Below are positions 56,370 through 64,000 of a stretch of 64,000 bases of DNA, piece after piece; position 1 is the stretch's first letter, and the number at the start of each line of letters is the position of its first letter. This stretch comes from the human T2T-CHM13v2.0 reference genome, Homo sapiens: the NCBI RefSeq assembly GCF_009914755.1, contig NC_060928.1; one strand, written 5' to 3'. The position numbers and the translations under genes were made by a program. Below the pieces are notes generated by a model. It saw only the letters and a program-made list of their open reading frames with translations, had not been told where the DNA came from and did not search any database.

Positions 56370-56770
56370 CCAGTATTGGTCAAGGTTCTGGATGGTGGAC
56401 AACATAATCCACTCTAGCTAGTTTAAACTGAAAGGGATTAATTAAGGTTTATAAATATCTCAAAAAACCATTGGGAAGAAACAGACTCTATGCTGAGCTT
56501 CCAGGACTCCACTAAAATAGCTTGCCCAAAAGATAAGTTGTCTTTCCCACAGACAGGAACCTCTGAATCAGGAAGCTACCACCACTACTGTTGGCTTCAT
56601 AACCACATCACATCTGCCATCATCCAAGCCAGCAGAATGAAGGCCCGTATCCTGCCTCTTTTCCCATGAAACTTAGATATGAATCCAAGTCCTGCATGAA
56701 CATATCTGACTTGCAGAATATAAATCAATATCTGCATCCTAGCACAAGAGGCTGGGAACTGCAGGTGTGG
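56370..56770 (-). mobile_element. MLT1-family LTR
   Basis: CCACTCTAGCTAGTTTAA...ATCTGACTTGCAGAA...CCTAGCACAAGAGGCTGGGAA. Confidence 0.55.
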
Positions 56771-58210
56771 TGTGATAGGAATTTGAGATGTAAACCATGG
56801 GAAACTATAAGAATATGGAGACGCTGTTTAAGAGATTTAGGGCTGCTAGAAATGACCATTGTCCTCTACAGTGATTAAATAAACAACTACAGTAGAAAGC
56901 ACAAATGATGTGACTGACGTACACATGGGATGCTTTAGGATTACAGAGAATGATTAAATAATCTAGAATGATGGAGACATCACGGAAATTAATCTCTTGA
57001 AACAAGCCTTGACTGAGTAGGACTTAGCCAGGCAAAGAAGTGCAGGGAGAAAACATTCCAGTGGCATTCAACATTCAGAAAAATATTCCAATAACTTTGA
57101 GAAAAAACTACCTTTGTGTTATGTACTGAGGTTACAGATGTGATTTAAAAAAAGACTCATGCCTTGCCCTGATGGAGCACACAGTCCCCAGCAGCAGGAC
57201 AAAGGCTGCACTGAACTAACTTCAGTGGATTGATATAATTTTGCTAGAAGGTCAAATATAGGTAACATGGGGATCACGGTGCCCTGCTTAGGGAGATGCA
57301 TGAGGTGGATGTATTGTCTTCTGCCTGCATCCTAGTGGCTGAGTGGGCACTGGCCTGAGGACAGCTGATCCATATGTCTGCCTGTGACCTCTGAGTAGGC
57401 AAGGAGCAAAACTCATCTCCAACAGAGACAATGGTGACCAGCTGCTGAAATTGTATTCTCTCTTTCTAAGGATTGAACTGAAGGGTGGGTGGAGAAAATT
57501 CATGAGTTGGCTAATAGAACTAGAAGCAGAGAAAACTCACATGAGAGAAGATGAATTTTGTGTAAACAGAAGACAAAATCCACGAGGTGTGGGAACAATA
57601 CTTTGACTAGAGGATGAGGGGCTAATGGAAAGGCAGGAACAACAGAGGCCGAGGCAGAATGAGGCCTGTCTCAGTAATGGCAGAGAATCAACAAACTCCT
57701 GCTAATGGGGGCAATGAGAGCCCAGTCCCAAGAGCTGTGCTGGATCCTTTCATTTCCGGGACTCCATTCTAATCTCTGCAAGACCCAGCTATATGACTGT
57801 GCTTGGGAAGTCTTGTTTTGTTTTTGTTTTTTAATTCCCATCTGCAACCTTCCCAACCATCCTGTGAGTAGCCTCCCAGCCTCTCTGTTCCATGCATCAA
57901 CTAACACAGTGGGAAGTTGAAAGTTCTGGATCTTGGCCCAATCAACATGGAAAGAGGAAAACATTTTTCTTAAAATGAAAAAGACACCAGAGTTAAACAT
58001 TAATTGATGACAGTTTAAGTTTAGTTTTTTTTATATTTAATTTGTACCTATAAGTTTATTTCTTACCAAAGCGCTATTGTATGTTTATTGACTTGAATTG
58101 CTATGAAAATGTTACTAACAATGAGTGAAATAATAAGTGCTGTTATTACATCCTCCCACCCCAATATCCTTTGACCCTCCTCCTCCCTTCCTGGAGATGA
58201 AGTCTGCATG

Positions 58211-58301
58211 CTGCTATTTGCCTTACTGGTGATCCCAGCTTTCTTATGCATGCAGACTTCATGCATAAAAAAGCTGGGATCACCAGTAAAGCAAATAGCA
58301 G
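58211..58301. repeat. Long inverted repeat, 42-bp arms (40/42) with a 7-nt loop
   Basis: CTGCTATTTGCCTTACTGGTGATCCCAGCTTTCTTATGCATG-cagactt-CATGCATAAAAAAGCTGGGATCACCAGTAAAGCAAATAGCAG. Confidence 0.95.
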
Positions 58302-59164
58302 AAATGCATGTTTTACTGTATAATATTAAAGAAAACCTACTTTATATTCAGAACAATACAGCCCTTCTTTCTTACCCTCAGCATGTAGTAAAATGCTAAA
58401 CACATATCTGGTGCTCTTAAATGTATATTGATTGATAATGTTTAAAATCAAAGGATGTTCAAATAAAAGTTATTGCTTCTGTGCGAAGCTAGATTTGAAA
58501 AAGAGAGGCCCTGGGTTACTGTCCTAAATGGTGCAGCCTTATCCCATTATGGGAACTTTTTCCTTAGCAGAGGAAGTTTATTGATCCTCTGCTCTTACTA
58601 AGACCCAGCCCTCTCTGCCTAGGCTTCCACTGTTCCTGACAAGGGTCCAGGTGGAAAGCTGAGGAGCCCCTGTCCCAGGAGGAACTAGCAGCCCAAGGGG
58701 ACCAGTGACAAGTCAGACCAAGTGTTGATCAAGCAAAGAATTAGACTGGATATAGAGATACAACTGGCGCTGGAGCAGAGGTAGTTTTTGCTCACTCATT
58801 CATTCATTCAGCAAAGATTTATTGAGAAGGAGGATTTAGGACTAAATGAAACCGGTCCTGTTCTCAAGTTGTTACAAGCAAGGGAGTCAGGCCCTCAGGG
58901 CGATCTACATAAGGTGATGTACAGCTGATACAGCAGAAGAGTCCAGCCTCCTGAAACGGACTGGGAGGAGATGATGGGATGGCCCCTCAGCTGGCTAGCT
59001 GTGTTCATGCACAGCTTCAGCTCTGCCTGATCGGAGCAGGTTAGAGAGAAGTGACTGGTAAAAATCAAACAAAGAACAGCAACAACAACAACAGGTCCCA
59101 GGGACCCCAGGCCGAATGTCAGCTTGGCTGGCTAGTCACCACATGGAAGTCTACTACTATTATA

Positions 59165-59345
59165 ATTATTAGTTAATATCTTTTATTGAGCACTTACTCT
59201 ATTCTAGACACTCTGCCAAGTAGTCTTTTGATTTCTCGTTTAGTCCCTCATTTTATAGGCGAGGGACACTGAGCCTTGGGGAGGTGATGCTACAAGTCAA
59301 TGCCTCAAATGCTAGGGTGGGGAACCCACCCAAGTCAGTCTGGCT
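59165..59345 (-). mobile_element. MIR
   Basis: TTTATTGAGCACTTACT...CATTTTATAGGCGAGGGACACTGAGCC. Confidence 0.75.
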
Positions 59346-60761
59346 TCCCACTTCTGCTCTCATGGACCGCAGGTCTGTGTTCCCATCTAGATGCCTGGGC
59401 ATCTAGAACCACAGCTGATTCTAATCTCTACTTGCTCCGGTGGAGGCAACCACTAAAATTTGAATGTGCTGTTTTCACAGACCTAGGGATCAATGGTAGC
59501 TGCAAGAGGCTGAGATAGTTCTGACGTCTGTAGAATGAGGAGGGAATTGGTTGTCTGACGTCTCACCTCCCACCAACAGTCTGTGTAAGATGCTTTGGAT
59601 GTTCTGGCATTGAACCAAGTTCAGTGGATTGATACAAAACAGGGAGGTGAGGCGGAGGCTAGAATAATGAAGGCTGTTCCAAATTCCCAGGATTCAGAGG
59701 TTGCCTTTCAGCAATTACATTCCTGGCATGAAAGGTGAAATTGTCAGAGAAGGCTGGGGAAATAAGGATGAACCTTGCTGAATGGAGCATGGTCAAGTGG
59801 TAGAAAATTAAAGAGCTCATTGTTAATCACACAAAGGAGCAATTGGTACTGGTTGCAAAAAGAAAAATAGAGATGTCTTTGAGACCAGGGAAATAAAGCT
59901 TAAAAGATGTATTTTTTTATGGATATAGTTGGTTTTACCTTTAGCTATTCCCATCTTTATTGAGCCTTTGTTCTTTTCTCCTAATATTCTGTTCCACAGG
60001 GGTATTTCATTGAATGCCCACTGTGAAGAAATAGTCTCATTTAAATAGAATTTAACATTAATGTGATAATCCATCTTTAAACTGGAAACTAGGGGCCAAT
60101 TTGTCTTGGTCCATCACGTCACCATTTAGATGCTGATTCATTTCCGTGACTTTTCCTTCTCCTCCCTCAAGCCCTCCCCTATCTGCTTTGCTGTGCATCC
60201 TTACCTGCTGCTTCTGCATTCAGGGCGGGTGTGTGCGGCACTCCTTCCATGTCCACTGGCGGGGGTGGCAAAAGGTGTCTTCAACTTGGATATTGTTCTT
60301 GGGGAGTCCCAGTGGCTTCCAACATCGTTTGGACAAAATGTAGTGGGAGTTTGGAAAAGGGGGCCAGCCTTCCCTCTGGGGAGAATCAGGGCAGGCTTCA
60401 TGGAGAAGAGAGCTGGTCCCTGAAAGGAGGCATTTTTCAGTCATGAAGGGAATATTCAGGGGCAAGAAAAGAAAATGGAAAGGGGAGAGTGCAGGGTGGG
60501 GAACCGGGAAAGGGGAATAGAAGCAAGGGCCAGCAGAAGGAGTTCATTTTCCAAAGACAAACCTATGGAAACTGCCACTTGCCCTTGTCATGGTGTTCGG
60601 ATTGTGCACTTGGGACCTTGGGGACAGAGGTGTTGGCAAAGTCTTTCTCTAAGTCTTCCCAAAAGGAATTTCTGTTATAATAGAATGCCTTGTGTTTGCA
60701 CAGCCACCTAAGTCACATCTACGAGTGTGTGTATACAGTATATAAATGTGTGCATAGACTC

Positions 60762-60786
60762 ACACACACACACACACACACACACA
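60762..60786. repeat. (CA)n microsatellite
   Basis: CA dinucleotide run. Confidence 0.9.
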
Positions 60787-60818
60787 TATTTCTTTTCTTT
60801 TCTTTTTCCTTCCCTAAA

Positions 60819-61333
<515 letters not shown>

Positions 61334-62669
61334 TAAGGAGGAAATGCCTGTTAGTAGGATGCTTTGAGACAAATGGGGCCAGGAAGTTGGCAGCCCTGGG
61401 CTACAGCAGTTCTTTATCAGCCTCTATACTTGGGATGCCCCATCTATCTTGAAGGCACCTCCCTCACCCAAGTGCCAGGGGCAGCTGGTGTCAAAGAAGG
61501 TGCCAGAACAAGTGCTGCATCTGGTCTGCAAGCTTGTTCTGGGTCTTCAAGAGACACTTGCTCTGGGGTCCTGGAGGTTGGTGGACCCTGAGTCTCCCAG
61601 GAAACCTCCCTGCTGGCTTCCCACAAGGAGAGAACTTGTACCTCCCCTGCCTTATTATCTGTTCCTGTTTGTATCTCATTATCCCACCAATTGCTTGGCC
61701 TCTGAGACCACCCAGCTTGAATATTATTTCCCATTTATGATTGTTAAAAAGAGAAAAGAATCTCTTCCACAATAACCTCCTGGAAGCTTAGGAAGCAGGG
61801 GCCATCTGACAGGTCATATTTGTACAAAAGAAAACCTTTGAAATGCATGTTAAGGTAGTAATTTCCTTCATGTGTATCACAGAGAATTTCTAAAGCAGTC
61901 ATGTTGCTTTCTCTTTTTCCAATAAGCTCATTAGTCTGTGACACGAATCTTATTTGGAGCAAATGGGTCAAGGATAGGGAGGGGGAGGCCCCAGGAAGAA
62001 GATTCCTTTAGAAATTACATTTTGAAAAGATTACATATTTATCTATGTCAAGTAAAACTATCAGATATGTAGAGGTCATGTTAATAGTAGTTATCTCTGA
62101 CGGTAGGATTATGTACAATCTTCATTTATTCTTTGCTCTTGTATATCTTTTGTAGTCAGAAACAAAAAACAAAAAACAAAACATGTGTTTTAAAAATCAG
62201 TCTTCAGTCCCATTGCCTTGGGGATATGGTATGTGCGCAGGAGACCAAACCCACAGGCAAACAGTGATGACAACAAGAGGTTCAAATAGAAGGAGAGGTT
62301 CTGCGTGCCAGGGCAGAGAAATCCAGGAAAAATGGGTGTTGGCTGGTTCCTGGGGGATGTGTTGCTCTGAGAAAAAATGACAAAAGTTCTACTTTTACTT
62401 CAGAAATAAGAAATGGCCTTTAACCCAAGAGAGAAATAGAGGAAGGCACCAAGTTTTAAGTTTAGCAAAGGCGGGGTGTTGTGGATCAGAGGTGGCCCCT
62501 TTGTGGCCTCCCAAGAGGCAAGGACCCTCTGTCCCCCAGTGCTCCCCTGTCCCCAGTCTGTGAGGCCCTCACCTTCCCCCAGGAACACCTTTGAAATGGA
62601 GCAAAGAGTTTTAATGACTTTGCTGCAAAAAGCCCTGGCTGGCATCTTCTCCTCTGAAAATGATCTGAG

Positions 62670-62724
62670 TTTCTTTTTCTTTTCTTTCTTTCTCTCTCTC
62701 TCTCTCTCTCTTCTTCTTTCTTCT
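62670..62724. repeat. CT-rich simple repeat
   Basis: (TTTC)n(TC)n(TTC)n polypyrimidine tract. Confidence 0.85.
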
Positions 62725-62994
62725 GCATGACTCTGTATGGAGTTACTACATGTGATGCTGATGGATCTTGTAAAGTCTCACCTTCCTTTGTGCCTGCCCT
62801 TTTCTCTTCTGAGTCCCAGGCCTATCTCAAGATCTCTGGGAGATGCTCTTACCTAACTCACAGACTCAGCTCACAGAGGGTCCCTGGCTGTGCTGCAGGC
62901 TTTGGGGCTTGTGTTTTCTCCATTCATTTGTTGTCAGCCTTCTTTATGGACTCTTCTTAGATTCTTGGATGAGAAAAAAACCTATAAAAACCCA

Positions 62995-63470
62995 AGATGG
63001 CCAATTAATAATAATAAGAGAGCACATTAAAACAAGGAGATCTCATTTTCTATCAATTGGCAAAGGTGTTGGAATAATCCCACATGGAGCCCCTGGCATA
63101 TATTCTCTCCTGGCCCTGTCTTGTGAGTGTAAACTGATGCAACATTCCTGGAGGGCAATTTAACAATGGGTACATAGAGCTTTAAGACCATGTCACACCA
63201 GTTGACCTAGCAATTCCACTTTGATTAACCAGTCATAAGGAAGTAATCAGAGATGTCCATGAACAATTAGTTATGCACAAGATGCTCATCAAAGCATCAT
63301 TTATATTAAATAATATTAAATTTATATTTTGTTCTTCTAAAGAGAAAATAGGGCAGTTGATTAAGTGAATAATAAATACATACAATAGAATACTATGCAG
63401 TAATTATAAATCATGTAGCAGAAGTAGATTTGATGATGTTCGAAGTATTTGTGCTTTACTGTCAAATAAA
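62995..63470 (+). mobile_element. L1ME-like 3' fragment
   Basis: GAGTGTAAACTGATGCAACATTCCTGGAGGGCAATTT...TTGACCTAGCAATTCCACTT...AATAGAATACTATGCAG. Confidence 0.75.
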
Positions 63471-64000
63471 ATACTGAAGAGTACACCCAGCCTGCTGTGA
63501 CCACAGCTCTCTCCTCAGTATTCATCAATAGCCACTTGCTTTTGTGACATGTGACACCTGCCTCTTCCCCCAATACCTTGGTCTGTGCTCAAGAAGTATA
63601 GAACAAAATCAGCTTTCCCCAAAGTAGCTTTTTTTTTTTAATTGCAAGTGAAAGAAAATCCAAACCAAACAGGCTTAGGAACAAACAGTATTAAATTGGC
63701 TAATAACCCAAAGGCAGGGCTGGATTCAGCTGGGAAACCATCCAATAGTTCCACAATGTCACCACGGACCTGGTTTCTTTTGGGAAGTTATTTGTCTCCC
63801 CTGTCTTTCTTTACGAATGATATCTGAGTTGGTCATTGACAGGGGTTTTTAAATCTCTGCTAGAAAGCCACTGGAGTTGTCCCTCATTTACTTATTCCCT
63901 TAGGATCAGGCAGGATGCAGAGGATTTCTCTTCTGCCCTCCTGGGAGTTGATGGCATATTTAGGCTCATTTTCACATAATGGCTGTAGTAATTCCATCTT

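Overview
Human non-coding genomic DNA (intronic or intergenic; the locus could not be named). A 5'-truncated AluYb8, a human-lineage subfamily, supports the species call. No protein-coding gene is supported: the ORF track is mostly chance ORFs plus Alu- and LINE-1-derived frames. A large part of the window is interspersed repeat (13 Alu/FLAM/FRAM elements, L1, L2, MIR, MaLR LTRs, MER33, MER5A, Tigger3). There is also a full-length 7SL retropseudogene and a 36-nt tailless U2 snRNA retrocopy. The most unusual signals are several local template-copy structures: a 42-bp-stem hairpin at 58.2 kb, a perfect 50-bp duplication at 35.2/35.5 kb, a 72-bp dispersed copy at 37.5/38.7 kb and a palindrome with a direct repeat at 40.1 kb. 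Also notable are two frame-preserving micro-exon candidates, a multi-layer nested transposon stack (16.2-20.7 kb) and several motif-dense enhancer candidates. I see no evidence of a novel multi-gene system. Repeat subfamily calls are by eye from remembered consensus sequences, and boundaries of old repeats are approximate.
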